A DNA stretch of 63,952 nucleotides, counting the filler, from Octopus bimaculoides (taxonomy: Eukaryota), in assembly GCF_001194135.2 (NCBI RefSeq). It is 8 parts of 7 records of this genome, joined end to end, with 100 filler letters (N's around TTAATTAATTAA, not from the genome) between each part and the next. Parts side by side here need not be neighbours in the genome. Positions count along the whole stretch, not along the records: positions 1 to 15,564 come from NC_068991.1; 7 more parts are not named here. One strand, given 5' to 3'. Position numbers and translations under genes: made by a program. Shown piece by piece: positions 1-13,377 of this stretch; the first letter of the stretch is position 1, and each line of letters opens with the position of its first letter. Below the pieces are notes generated by a model. That model saw nothing but the letters and a program-made list of their open reading frames with translations. It did not search any database and had not been told where the DNA came from.

Positions 1-53
<53 letters not shown>

Positions 54-110
54 TATATACATATATATATATACATACATACATACATACATACATACAT
101 ACATACATAC
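1..110. repeat. (TA)n/(CATA)n microsatellite
   Basis: Direct reading. Confidence 0.97.
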
Positions 111-377
111 ATGCGTACATACAAGTGTCTATATTAAATTAATGTAATGTTTCCGACATATATCAATAAACCAGTCGTCTGTTTATGAAAGGTTTTGAAC
201 GAAAGAATTGTCTTCCATCAGCAAATATTTTGTTATTGGAGTCGAAACTGGAGCCTCCTTCTGGGTAGGCTCTGTTGTTCTGGAAATGAAGAGCATAACT
301 GCAAGTGTGTGTGTGGGGGGGTGTTTGTTAGATACGCTTAGACAGTTGTTCGGAAACACAATATAGACTAGTGAATA

Positions 378-381
378 GATG

Positions 382-479
<98 letters not shown>

Positions 480-485
480 TAGATG

Positions 486-547
<62 letters not shown>
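378..547. repeat. (GATA)n/(GACA)n compound microsatellite
   Basis: Direct reading; source of the spurious YLSI-repeat ORF 183..593. Confidence 0.97.
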
Positions 548-548
<1 letters not shown>

Positions 549-666
549 TTTATATTTACAAATATATACCAGTATGTGTCTAATTAGATACACTTACAGA
601 TTTGCAGAGAAACACACATACACACTACACACACACAATTAATATTTATATGCACNNNNNNNNNNG

Positions 667-679
<13 letters not shown>

Positions 680-697
<18 letters not shown>

Positions 698-900
698 CTC
701 GTCTCAGCCTTTTGAAGAGTTTTTTGTCGAACAAATCAATCCCAGTACTTTTTTTATCTTTTATTATTTTATTTATTCATTTTTTTTTTAAGTGTGGTAT
801 TGGTTCGATCGGCACCCTTCGCCGAACCGCTGGTTAACGCCGACGTAAACAAACTGACACCGGTTTTCTTGCGGTATTGGGGAAGACTAATAGAACACGA
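680..900 (-). mobile_element. Degenerate 3' half of tRNA-derived SINE family A
   Basis: gtcgaacaaatcaatcccagtactt...gccgaaccgc...gacgtaaacaaactgacaccggtt resembles the reverse complement of the 3' half of the copy at 14777-15158. Confidence 0.6.
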
Positions 901-901
901 A

Positions 902-964
<63 letters not shown>

Positions 965-1008
965 GCATACACACGGATGGATGGATGGATGGATAGATGG
1001 ATGGATGG

Positions 1009-1074
<66 letters not shown>
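901..1074. repeat. (CA)n, (GGAT)n and (TTA)n microsatellites
   Basis: Direct reading. Confidence 0.95.
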
Positions 1075-1075
<1 letters not shown>

Positions 1076-1187
1076 GTTTATTTGACAGAGTTCCTTCATC
1101 ACACATTCTGGGAGCTCTTCAATCACTATCTGTTCTTCGTGTGTTCTCTTCGCCCTGATCTTGTCCTGTCTATTCCATCTTGTTTTT
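1073..1187 (-). CDS. Candidate coding exon (a)KTRWNRQDKIRAKRTHEEQIVIEELPECVMKELCQIN*
   Basis: Unique non-repeat sequence; minus-strand acceptor ttatttatttgatctgacacAG at 1189-1188; one frame open for 37 codons to TAA at 1075-1073. No homologue recognised. Confidence 0.25.
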
Positions 1188-2544
1188 CTGTGTCAGATCA
1201 AATAAATAATGCGTGTGTTCCTTGGCAAATTGACCAGACCCAAATATATCAAAATATATATATATAATGTATGTATATATGTATATGCGTATTATATATA
1301 TATAAATACATATGTATGTATGTATATATGTGCATANNNNNNNNNNNNNNNNNNNNNNNNNNNNNNNNNNNNNNNNNNNNNNNNNNNNNNNNNNNNNNNN
1401 NNNNNNNNNNNNNNNNNNNNNNNNNNNNNNNNNNNNNNNNNNNNNNNNNNNNNNNNNNNNNNNNNNNNNNNNNNNNNNNNNNNNNNNNNNNNNNNNNNNN
1501 NNNNNNNNNNNNNNNNNNNNNNNNNNNNNNNNNNNNNNNNNNNNNNNNNNNNNNNNNNNNNNNNNNNNNNNNNNNNNNNNNNNNNNNNNNNNNNNNNNNN
1601 NNNNNNNNNNNNNNNNNNNNNNNNNNNNNNNNNNNNNNNNNNNNNNNNNNNNNNNNNNNNNNNNNNNNNNNNNNNNNNNNNNNNNNNNNNNNNNNNNNNN
1701 NNNNNNNNNNNNNNNNNNNNNNNNNNNNNNNNNNNNNNNNNNNNNNNNNNNNNNNNNNNNNNNNNNNNNNNNNNNNNNNNNNNNNNNNNNNNNNNNNNNN
1801 NNNNNNNNNNNNNNNNNNNNNNNNNNNNNNNNNNNNNNNNNNNNNNNNNNNNNNNNNNNNNNNNNNNNNNNNNNNNNNNNNNNNNNNNNNNNNNNNNNNN
1901 NNNNNNNNNNNNNNNNNNNNNNNNNNNNNNNNNNNNNNNNNNNNNNNNNNNNNNNNNNNNNNNNNNNNNNNNNNNNNNNNNNNNNNNNNNNNNNNNNNNN
2001 NNNNNNNNNNNNNNNNNNNNNNNNNNNNNNNNNNNNNNNNNNNNNNNNNNNNNNNNNNNNNNNNNNNNNNNNNNNNNNNNNNNNNNNNNNNNNNNNNNNN
2101 NNNNNNNNNNNNNNNNNNNNNNNNNNNNNNNNNNNNNNNNNNNNNNNNNNNNNNNNNNNNNNNNNNNNNNNNNNNNNNNNNNNNNNNNNNNNNNNNNNNN
2201 NNNNNNNNNNNNNNNNNNNNNNNNNNNNNNNNNNNNNNNNNNNNNNNNNNNNNNNNNNNNNNNNNNNNNNNNNNNNNNNNNNNNNNNNNNATATATATAT
2301 ATACATACATACCTACAGAGAGAGGTGCATATATACATAAATATTATGTATGTGTGTGAGTGTGTATGAATTGATATCTGTATATGTATGTGTGTACGTG
2401 TATGTATATATGCATGCATGCATGTATATGTATATGTACGTATGACACGGATGAGGAGGTCATTGTTTGTTGTAGATAATCCTGATAGCTAGGCAGTGGA
2501 CGATATGCTCTCCATAATGACCAATCTCCACACGCTCACACGTC

Positions 2545-2583
<39 letters not shown>

Positions 2584-2673
2584 GAACACACACTCATACG
2601 CATACATCTTGCATTTCAGCTAAGATATTGTATATGGACTAATTACATATCCGTCCAGCAACAAGTGTCTTAC

Positions 2674-2866
2674 GCAGACTAAACACTTGAATTATATTGG
2701 AAAAGATCGTTGGCAATAACATCAGCTAAAGACTTGATTAAACAGTAAACTTGAAGCAAATCTAGTCTGCAGTCTGTATTAAACAGATTCTGTTTAGCTT
2801 TGCCAAATATCTCCATATAAACTACAAAGTCTTTTGACATCCGATAGGAAAGGAAGAGGGGAGTTG
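2674..2866 (-). CDS. Candidate exon: MSKDFVVYMEIFGKAKQNLFNTDCRLDLLQVYCLIKSLADVIANDLFQYNSSV*, C22orf15/CXorf65-like N-terminus
   Basis: Acceptor ttttattatttatcatcAG (2868-2867), ATG 2840-2838, TAG 2681-2679, donor GTAAGA at 2673. Motif FG-x5-LFNTDCRL has the same spacing as FG-x5-LVNTSCRL that I recall in human C22orf15; not database-verified. Confidence 0.4.
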
Positions 2867-2887
2867 CTGATGATAAATAATAAAAGT

Positions 2888-3039
2888 TGTGGCTGCGTGG
2901 TAAGACGCTTGTCCCCACAACCACATGGTTCTGGGTTCAGTCCCATTGCGTGACACCTTGGGCAAGTGTCTTCTACTATAGCCTTGGGCCGACCAAAGCC
3001 TTGTGAGTGGATTTAGTTGAGGGAAATGAAAGAAGCCAG

Positions 3040-3042
<3 letters not shown>
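2888..3042 (+). mobile_element. SINE family A, 5' half
   Basis: gtggctgcgtggtaag (A-box-like)...gggttcagtccc (B-box-like)...ccttgggcaagtgtcttctactatagcc; repeated many times in the window. Confidence 0.9.
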
Positions 3043-3070
<28 letters not shown>

Positions 3071-3723
3071 NNNNNNNNNNNNNNNNNNNNNNNNNNNNNN
3101 NNNNNNNNNNNNNNNNNNNNNNNNNNNNNNNNNNNNNNNNNNNNNNNNNNNNNNNNNNNNNNNNNNNNNNNNNNNNNNNNNNNNNNNNNNNNNNNNNNNN
3201 NNNNNNNNNNNNNNNNNNNNNNNNNNNNNNNNNNNNNNNNNNNNNNNNNNNNNNNNNNNNNNNNNNNNNNNNNNNNNNNNNNNNNNNNNNNNNNNNNNNN
3301 NNNNNNNNNNNNNNNNNNNNNNNNNNNNNNNNNNNNNNNNNNNNNNNNNNNNNNNNNNNNNNNNNNNNNNNNNNNNNNNNNNNNNNNNNNNNNNNNNNNN
3401 NNNNNNNNNNNNNNNNNNNNNNNNNNNNNNNNNNNNNNNNNNNNNNNNNNNNNNNNNNNNNNNNNNNNNNNNNNNNNNNNNNNNNNNNNNNNNNNNNNNN
3501 NNNNNNNNNNNNNNNNNNNNNNNNNNNNNNNNNNNNNNNNNNNNNNNNNNNNNNNNNNNNNNNNNNNNNNNNNNNNNNNNNNNNNNNNNNNNNNNNNNNN
3601 NNNNNNNNNNNNNNNNNNNNNNNNNNNNNNNNNNNNNNNNNNNNNNNNNNNNNNNNNNNNNNNNNNNNNNNNNNNNNNNNNNNNNNNNNNNNNNNNNNNN
3701 NNNNNNNNNNNNNNNNNNNNNNN

Positions 3724-3760
<37 letters not shown>

Positions 3761-3769
3761 TTTATCGTT

Positions 3770-3992
3770 TATTTCTTACTTATTTTAGTCATTAGACTGC
3801 GGCCGTGCTGGAGCACCGCCTTCAATAATTTTAGCTGAACGAATAGTCCCCGGTAATTATCCATTCACAAGGCTTTAGTCAGCCTGCGACTATAGTAGAA
3901 GACACTAGTACAAGGGTGCCACGCAGTGGGACTGAACCCGGAACCATGTGGTTTGAAGGTAAAATTCTTACCACACAGCCACTCCTGCGCTC
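3770..3992 (-). mobile_element. SINE family A (head and tail, middle deleted)
   Basis: Reverse complement of head (gcgcaggagtggctgtgtggtaag) at about 3960-3992 and of tail (ggtgctccagcacggccgcagtc) at about 3785-3820. Confidence 0.85.
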
Positions 3993-4624
3993 TCCAAAAC
4001 AGCATACCACGTGTAAACTTCCAGAAACCAAAACCCAAACGAAGCCAGCTTTCTCATTGCTATGAAATTGGTTCATCATAAGACTTTCGAATTTTTGCAA
4101 TTTTTCGCGCCAAATGGTTAAATATGTCTTCTTTTCGTATTAATATATTATTCTTGTTGTTTTTGTCATTGTTGTTGTCTTCTGATTATTGTTATAACGT
4201 TCAAGTTATTTATTTACTAATTTACTACAATTTTTTTGTATTTTTTTTCGACGTTATATTTCACATCAATATAATTTTTCTCACTCGAAGGGCAAAAAAA
4301 AAATGTATATATAATTAATCACAAAGTTAAATAGTAAAATACAACGAAAAATTTATGGAATCATGCAAAAAAAAATATGTAAAATATAAAATGAAATGTA
4401 AAAAGAATATCTTCCGTTTTTGGGGTTTTTTTTATGTTTTCTGGTTTTTTTTTTGGTTTTTTTTTTCATTTACATCGTTGTTGTCTCTAATTACACTAAT
4501 GGACAATTAACAATGTTTGATTGTGAAAGAGACCTCAAATAAATGTGGGCAACTCTTTTGTGCCTGAAAATAAAATATGTGACTGAAACAATCACTTTCT
4601 CAATTAACTGTGACGTTATTTAAC

Positions 4625-5490
<866 letters not shown>

Positions 5491-6138
5491 TTGAGAAAGA
5501 AAGAGTTATGAAGCGAGAAAGAAAGAGTTCGAGGTAAAGTAAAAACTGAAAATAATTTATATTAGTATAGTTATCAAATGTCTGTCTTTTCCGAGGAAAA
5601 AAAAATTGGAATGAATAAACGAACGATCAAAGTAGAACATAAAAGAACAAAAGAATGCCTACACCCTTGAGGGAAAGAAAAGGAAATAAAAATATTTTGT
5701 GATTTCATGATGCTTGTAAGTGTAGGGAGGGAGGTGATTGTGCAGTGAAAACTAATCGAGCATCTCATCACGACAATTTAAATAATAGTTCATCTGATTC
5801 GGCTTGTTTTCTGTATTGTCCAGACGAATTTATTGAATTGCTGATAGTGTCTAGGTGTGTAAGAGAGGAGTGGGGTATGAGGTAGGTTTCGGTTGAAGAA
5901 GAGAGGAAATATTGGTGATGATAGTGTGTAGCCATGTGTATATGTAGCGATGGTGGTGGTGGTGGTGGCACTGATTCCATTGTGGTTGTGTGGTGGGATG
6001 GAGCTTGTCATGGCCTTCTGTAGCAATGCTGTTTAGCCCCAGGTCAGGCCTGACTGAGTTGATCTAAGACACGTAGCTAATTGTCACAATGACTAGATGT
6101 AAGCCTTATATATATATATATATATATNNNNNNNNNNG

Positions 6139-6294
6139 ATTAGATCGACCCCACTACGCAACTGGCGCTTAATTTATCGAAAGGATGATAGTCAAAGTCG
6201 AGCTCGGCGGAATTTGAACTCAGAACGTAAAGACTGACGAAATACCGCTAAGCATTTCGCCCGGCGTGCTAACCACTCTGCCAGCTCGCCGCCG
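6139..6294 (-). mobile_element. tRNA-derived SINE family B
   Basis: Reverse complement reads ggcggcgagctggcagagtggttagcacgccgggcgaaatgcttagcggtatttcg...tgagttcaaattccgccgag; same family at 35850-36270, 38955-39168, 41708-41917, 52630-53050. Confidence 0.9.
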
Positions 6295-6503
6295 TAAGTA
6301 CAAACAACAACGTCTGTCACACCCGCACCACCATCATCATCATTATGTCTAACAACAACAACAGCAATAACAACAACAATAACACAATCGAAAACTAGAA
6401 AAACAATGTTGATCACAGAAATAACATGGACGACGGTGACCACGAGATTAAAACCACTGCAACCAACATAACAGCATCCCATAAGATTAATTGCAGCAAC
6501 AAT

Positions 6504-6534
<31 letters not shown>

Positions 6535-7024
6535 ACTACTACTACTACTACCACCACTACTACTACTAAACAGTCGCAAAATCTATCTCTAACATAAGAA
6601 GCATAAAAGGAATAAGACAAAAATCCTAAAAAATAAACAAATTTTTTAATTATATAATTACAGACACACACAGACTCATGTGAGCGCGCACACACACACA
6701 CACACACATACACATACACACAAACGTTTAGCGCGCACACAGAAACACTCACACAGATACAGACACACACGCACGCACGCACGCACACACATACACACAC
6801 ACGAAGACACACACTCAATCAGAAGTAGAGCATTTCACACATGCACAGACGTACGAGCGCCGACAAAAATACACACATACATACACACACACACACACAA
6901 ATACACACACACACACCTATAGAAACATACATACTCACACAAACCCAGGAGCACGCATACACACACTCATGAACATATAACACTTCCAGAATTAACGCAC
7001 ACATATATACACATATATACATAT

Positions 7025-7186
7025 AGGCGCAGACGTGGCTGTGTGGTAAAAAGTTTGCTTCCCAAGCAGATGGTTCCGAGTTCAGTCCTACTGCATGGCA
7101 TCTTGGGCGAGTGCCTTCCACTTAGCCGTGGACCAATTAACGCCTTGTCAGTGAATTTGGTAGACGGGCACTTAAAGAAACCTGTC
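7025..7186 (+). mobile_element. SINE family A, 5' half, followed by (GATA)n
   Basis: ggcgcagacgtggctgtgtggtaaaaag...gagttcagtcc...tcttgggcgagtg. Confidence 0.85.
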
Positions 7187-7188
7187 CT

Positions 7189-7273
<85 letters not shown>

Positions 7274-7501
7274 CAGACAAATAGATACATACATACACAG
7301 ACAGACAGTTAGAGAGAGAGATAGACACCCAGAATCCACCCAGCCTTTTGGCTGTGAACCTCAAGACAAGAAACAATACAACGATCGCCCATGTCCAATT
7401 TATATTATATATATNNNNNNNNNNNNNNNNNNNNNNNNNNNNNNNNNNNNNNNNNNNNNNNNNNNNNNNNNNNNNNNNTATATATATATATATAATGATA
7501 A

Positions 7502-7680
7502 TTTTATATAAGCTTAAAGCTTATAGTGATCACCGTGCAATGACCAAGGAAAATAGTCTAATAAAGGGGCATATAAGCCCTCGACAGATAAAAAGAAGGC
7601 TGGGTTTATATGCCCCTTTCTTGGACTATTTTCCTTAGTCATTGTACATTGATCGCCATAAGCTTTAAGCTTATATAAAA
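7502..7680. mobile_element. Foldback MITE-like element (about 79-bp imperfect inverted arms)
   Basis: ttttatataagcttaaagcttat...ggaaaatagtc...aggggcatataa versus ttatatgccccttt...gactattttcc...ataagctttaagcttatataaaa. Confidence 0.75.
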
Positions 7681-8109
7681 AATACCATTATTATTATTTA
7701 AAGGATTGTAAAACACGGCGCCGTAATAAATAACCATTCGTACCGAAACCATATATATGTGTGTGTGTGGATGTATGTATGTACAGTTGTAAATTTGTAG
7801 ACGCCCGAACAGCAATAATATTGAAAACCTCGGTAGCCAACCTCTGTCAGTCACATCTGATAACACTTGAGCTCTGCAAATGTCTCTATTGCAGACTCTT
7901 TGCCAGTCAAAAATAATTTCGAGAACCTAATTACTTTCTTTTTCATTTCCTTTTTTTTTTTCTTCTGATTTCTTTATTGTTTTTTTTTTAATGTCACTAG
8001 ACAAGGATGTACTGGGTATTATTTTTTTTTTTTTTATTTAACGTAAATGAAAGAAAAAAAGGACATTTACTTATTTTCAGCACGCGTACGAACGTATAGG
8101 AGCTCAATG

Positions 8110-8595
8110 TATCATCATCGTCGTCATCATCATTAGTAGAAGCAGAAGAGGTATTAATGGCGTCGTCGTCATTATCACCATCATCATATATCATCATCAA
8201 TAACATCATCATCACCATCATCATCATCACCATCGTCATTATTATCATCATCATCATCGTCAGCATCATCGTCATCATCCACACACAACCGTGATCAACA
8301 TCAACGCCACTAACATCACCACATCCACCACAAATATCATTTCACTACCACTGTCAACCATCACCACCATCAACATCACCGTCATCACCACTGCCACCGT
8401 CATCATCATCACCATCATCATCATTGTCATCACCATCATCACTATTGTCATCATCATCATCATCGTCGTCGTCATTCATATTGCTTTCTTTATTTTCTTC
8501 GGCTAATTAGCTCAATTTCTGGCGCTTACTTTACATGTTATCTATATATATATGGGGGGGGGTATATATAAATACACACACACACACACACACAT

Positions 8596-8688
<93 letters not shown>

Positions 8689-8719
8689 TACATATATATG
8701 TATATATATACATATATAG

Positions 8720-8766
<47 letters not shown>

Positions 8767-8980
8767 CTATGTGGATATATTTTGTATATACATATATATA
8801 TGTATGAATATATAAATATATACATACATACATATATAAATATATGTATACACATATATATATATATACATAGATACATGTGCGTGTGTGCGTGTGTGCG
8901 TGTGTGCGTGTGTGCGTGTGTGTCCGTCTGTCACTGAGCGTGTGTGTGTGCGTGTGCGTGCGTGTGTGTGTGTGTGCGTG
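8110..8980. repeat. Cryptic (CAT/CAC)n tract followed by (CA)/(TA)/(TG) microsatellites
   Basis: Direct reading. Confidence 0.92.
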
Positions 8981-9031
8981 TGTGTGTGTGTACGGTTACA
9001 TTTCTCTACTTTTTCCAAAATCCCGCTGCAG

Positions 9032-9097
9032 ACGTGAAGTAAAACTGAGAATGAAAAAACTTCTATGGCTACCTGTGTGGATTCACTGACAAATTGC
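9032..9097 (+). other. Candidate exon with in-exon start, MATCVDSLTNC
   Basis: Acceptor tttctctactttttccaaaatcccgctgcAG (9030-9031), donor GTAAGC at 9098; all three frames from the exon start hit stops; ATG at 9065 stays open to the donor. Confidence 0.3.
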
Positions 9098-9367
9098 GTA
9101 AGCAACCATTGAGAATGTAAAAACCACATTACTGACATATCCATTTTCTATATCCTCTCATTTATTTATTTAATGTTTTTCTTTCGAAGTGTGTATTCCT
9201 TTTTTATTATTATTATTATTGTTATTATTTACGTATGGCGTCATTTAATATTCCAATATTTCATAGAGATGTCAGCAATTGGAAGGCGGCATGATTCTAT
9301 TTCAAATAACTTAATACATTAATAAACTTATGTACAAGGACGCACACCTACATAGATAGATAGATAA

Positions 9368-9434
<67 letters not shown>

Positions 9435-9680
9435 TACATATATATATACATATATTATATATATACATATATATATATATANNNNNNNNNNNNNNNNNNN
9501 NNNNNNNNNNNNNNNNNNNNNNNNNNNNNNNNNNNNNNNNNNNNNNNNNNNNNNNNNNNNNNNNNNNNNNNNNNNNNNNNNNNNNNNNNNNNNNNNNNNN
9601 NNNNNNNNNNNNNNNNNNNNNNNNNNNNNNNNNNNNNNNNNNNNNNNNNNNNNNNNNNNNNNNNNNNNNNNNNNNNNNNN

Positions 9681-9977
9681 GGTGAAGGTGTTGCTGTGTG
9701 GTAAGAAGCTTGTTTCCCTACCACATAGTTCTGGGTTCAGTCCCACGAAGTAACACCTTGGGCAAGTGTCTTCTACCATAACCTTGGGCAGACCAAAGCC
9801 TTGTAAGTGGATTTGGTAGATGGAAACTGAAAGACACCCGTCGTATACATACATATATATATATACATATATATATATACATATATATACATATATATAT
9901 GTATCTGTGTGTCTGTGTTTGTCCTCCCACCATCGCTTGACAACCGATGTTGGTGTGTTTGCGTCCCCGTAAATTAG
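9681..9977 (+). mobile_element. SINE family A with internal (TA)n, 3'-truncated
   Basis: Head 9681-9842, microsatellite, then ctgtgtttgtcctcccaccatcgcttgacaaccgatg. Confidence 0.9.
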
Positions 9978-9981
9978 TGCC

Positions 9982-10135
9982 TTCGGTGGCGCTGGAGGAA
10001 GCGAAGTTTGAGGAATTCATCCAGGAATCGTTTGAAAGTTATGAGAGCTTTTCCTTCCTTTATGTGTCTTGGCGTAATGCTAAAGAAAGCAGGACAGATT
10101 AAGTGGAATAGTTATGTCTTAATGTTGTAATGTGA
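9982..10135 (-). mobile_element. LINE (CR1/L2-like) ORF2 C-terminal remnant, copy 1
   Basis: With frameshifts reads HITTLRHNYST*..PAFFSITPRHIKEGKALITFKRFLDEFL, matching the G-P-x-L-F-N...F-K-R-x-L-D-x-F-L terminal motif of CR1/L2-type ORF2. Confidence 0.65.
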
Positions 10136-10219
10136 CACGAGTTCCTTTGTTTTTATAGAACGGGTGACAAGTGGGGACCAAGCTCTTGATGAATTTTAAA
10201 GTCGATGCCAATATTATAT

Positions 10220-10367
10220 GAGCAATGAAAATTCCAAAAAGGTCGACTTTGCCTTTCATCCTTTGGAGTTGATAAAATATGTCCCACTCGAGCACTGGGG
10301 TCGATGTAATGGATTTATCCCCTCCCTCGAACTTCTTGGCCTTGTGCCAAAATGTGAAACCAATATC
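10220..10367 (+). mobile_element. SINE family B, 3' part
   Basis: aggtcgactttgcctttcatcctttggag...cactggggtcgatgtaat...ggccttgtgccaaaatgtgaaacc. Confidence 0.85.
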
Positions 10368-10416
10368 ATATGAACAATGTTGGTGGAATAATTTCCACGT
10401 CAAATAATATAGCGCA

Positions 10417-10625
10417 TTCGGTGGCGCTGGAGGAAGCGAAGTTTGAGGAATTCATCCAGGTATCTTTTGAAGGTTATGGGATCGTTTTTCTTCCCTTCGG
10501 TGCTTTGCCCATGATATTAAAGAGAGCAGAACCAGTTGAGGTGAAATATTTTGTCTTAGTTTTGTGATGTGATGCGAGCATGATTCTCGTTGAGGACGGA
10601 TGGTTCGGGAAGCAGACCTTGGCTG
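10417..10625 (-). mobile_element. LINE (CR1/L2-like) ORF2 C-terminal remnant, copy 2
   Basis: With frameshifts reads HHITKLRQN/YFTSTGSALFNI...PITFKRYLDEFL. Confidence 0.65.
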
Positions 10626-11464
10626 TATGAGTTATAGTAGTATAATAAAAAATAATAAAAATTGACAGATGGAGACGGAAACTTCTAGAAGGCAATTCAA
10701 TGGAAGATTTAATTCTTTGCTTTTAAGCAGACTCTCTCAGCAATTTCTAACGTTTTACTATAAACAATCGCTATTTAGCATTGGTTATTGATTTCTAGTC
10801 TTTTCGAATAAAAACTGACTGAAATTAAAAGAAAAATTATGTATGTAATTATTTTTACCTACATACTTTATACAAACACACACACACACACACACACACA
10901 TACANNNNNNNNNNNNNNNNNNNNNNNNNNNNNNNNNNNNNNNNNNNNNNNNNNNNNNNNNNNNNNNNNNNNNNNNNNNNNNNNNNNNNNNNNNNNNNNN
11001 NNNNNNNNNNNNNNNNNNNNNNNNNNNNNNNNNNNNNNNNNNNNNNNNNNNNNNNNNNNNNNNNNNNNNNNNNNNNNNNNNNNNNNNNNNNNNNNNNNNN
11101 NNNNNNNNNNNNNNNNNNNNNNNNNNNNNNNNNNNNNNNNNNNNNNNNNNNNNNNNNNNNNNNNNNNNNNNNNNNNNNNNNNNNNNNNNNNNNNNNNNNN
11201 NNNNNNNNNNNNNNNNNNNNNNNNNNNNNNNNNNNNNNNNNNNNNNNNNNNNNNNNNNNNNNNNNNNNNNNNNNNNNNNNNNNNNTACATATGCACATAC
11301 ACATATACATACATACATGCATACATACATACATACATACGTGCATACCTTTGAATGCATAGATATATGTGAGGGCGTGCGTGTATTTTTGTTTTCGGCA
11401 AAACAAGTATGCATTGTGTTAGGACGAATGCATTAATAATCACATAAACATAGACACGACACAA

Positions 11465-11468
11465 CTAC

Positions 11469-11520
<52 letters not shown>

Positions 11521-11722
11521 ACACACACACACACACAATCACAATATATATAATTGTGTGTGCGTGTATGAATGTGTACATGCATATATATACATGGATA
11601 TATACTTGTGCGTGTGTATGCATGTGCACAAGCATATATACGTGTGTGTGTGTCAGTATGTGTACATGCATATATATATATATGTGTGTGTGTGTGCGTG
11701 TGTCTGTGTGTGTATGTATACA

Positions 11723-11768
<46 letters not shown>

Positions 11769-11868
11769 TATACATATACACACATATATATGTACATACA
11801 TATACACACATACATATATAAATATATATATGTACATACACATATATATATGTACATGTGCATATATA

Positions 11869-11913
<45 letters not shown>

Positions 11914-12987
11914 NNNNNNNNNNNNNNNNNNNNNNNNNNNNNNNNNNNNNNNNNNNNNNNNNNNNNNNNNNNNNNNNNNNNNNNNNNNNNNNNNNNNNNN
12001 NNNNNNNNNNNNNNNNNNNNNNNNNNNNNNNNNNNNNNNNNNNNNNNNNNNNNNNNNNNNNNNNNNNNNNNNNNNNNNNNNNNNNNNNNNNNNNNNNNNN
12101 NNNNNNNNNNNNNNNNNNNNNNNNNNNNNNNNNNNNNNNNNNNNNNNNNNNNNNNNNNNNNNNNNNNNNNNNNNNNNNNNNNNNNNNNNNNNNNNNNNNN
12201 NNNNNNNNNNNNNNNNNNNNNNNNNNNNNNNNNNNNNNNNNNNNNNNNNNNNNNNNNNNNNNNNNNNNNNNNNNNNNNNNNNNNNNNNNNNNNNNNNNNN
12301 NNNNNNNNNNNNNNNNNNNNNNNNNNNNNNNNNNNNNNNNNNNNNNNNNNNNNNNNNNNNNNNNNNNNNNNNNNNNNNNNNNNNNNNNNNNNNNNNNNNN
12401 NNNNNNNNNNNNNNNNNNNNNNNNNNNNNNNNNNNNNNNNNNNNNNNNNNNNNNNNNNNNNNNNNNNNNNNNNNNNNNNNNNNNNNNNNNNNNNNNNNNN
12501 NNNNNNNNNNNNNNNNNNNNNNNNNNNNNNNNNNNNNNNNNNNNNNNNNNNNNNNNNNNNNNNNNNNNNNNNNNNNNNNNNNNNNNNNNNNNNNNNNNNN
12601 NNNNNNNNNNNNNNNNNNNNNNNNNNNNNNNNNNNNNNNNNNNNNNNNNNNNNNNNNNNNNNNNNNNNNNNNNNNNNNNNNNNNNNNNNNNNNNNNNNNN
12701 NNNNNNNNNNNNNNNNNNNNNNNNNNNNNNNNNNNNNNNNNNNNNNNNNNNNNNNNNNNNNNNNNNNNNNNNNNNNNNNNNNNNNNNNNNNNNNNNTATA
12801 TATATATATATATATATTTACATGCACAAACGTACTTATATGCATGATATATCCATTTATGTTGATGTGTGTATGTATGACATGTCTATATATAATATAT
12901 ATTTTATATATGTGTGTGTGTGTGTGCGTATAATATGTCTATATATAATATATATATTTCATGTGTGTGTGTGTGTAATATATATCT

Positions 12988-13031
<44 letters not shown>

Positions 13032-13113
13032 GTGTGTGTGTGTGTATAATATGTCTATATATAACATGTATATTTTATGTATGTGTGTATATGTCTGTGT
13101 ATAATATATATAT

Positions 13114-13151
<38 letters not shown>

Positions 13152-13162
13152 GTCTATATATA

Positions 13163-13209
<47 letters not shown>

Positions 13210-13277
13210 TGTGTCTGTGTGTATAGTGTCTATATATAATATATATATATATTTCATGTGTATGTGTATAATATATG

Positions 13278-13308
<31 letters not shown>

Positions 13309-13333
13309 GTGTGTGTGTGTTTGTGTGTGTGTG

Positions 13334-13377
<44 letters not shown>

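Noticed and set aside
1170-2419. Long ORFs of 340-390 aa (and similar ones at 11469-13049, 13501-14886, 28603-29691, 33631-34716, 43276-44558)
   Set aside because: They consist of N-gap X residues and microsatellite translations.
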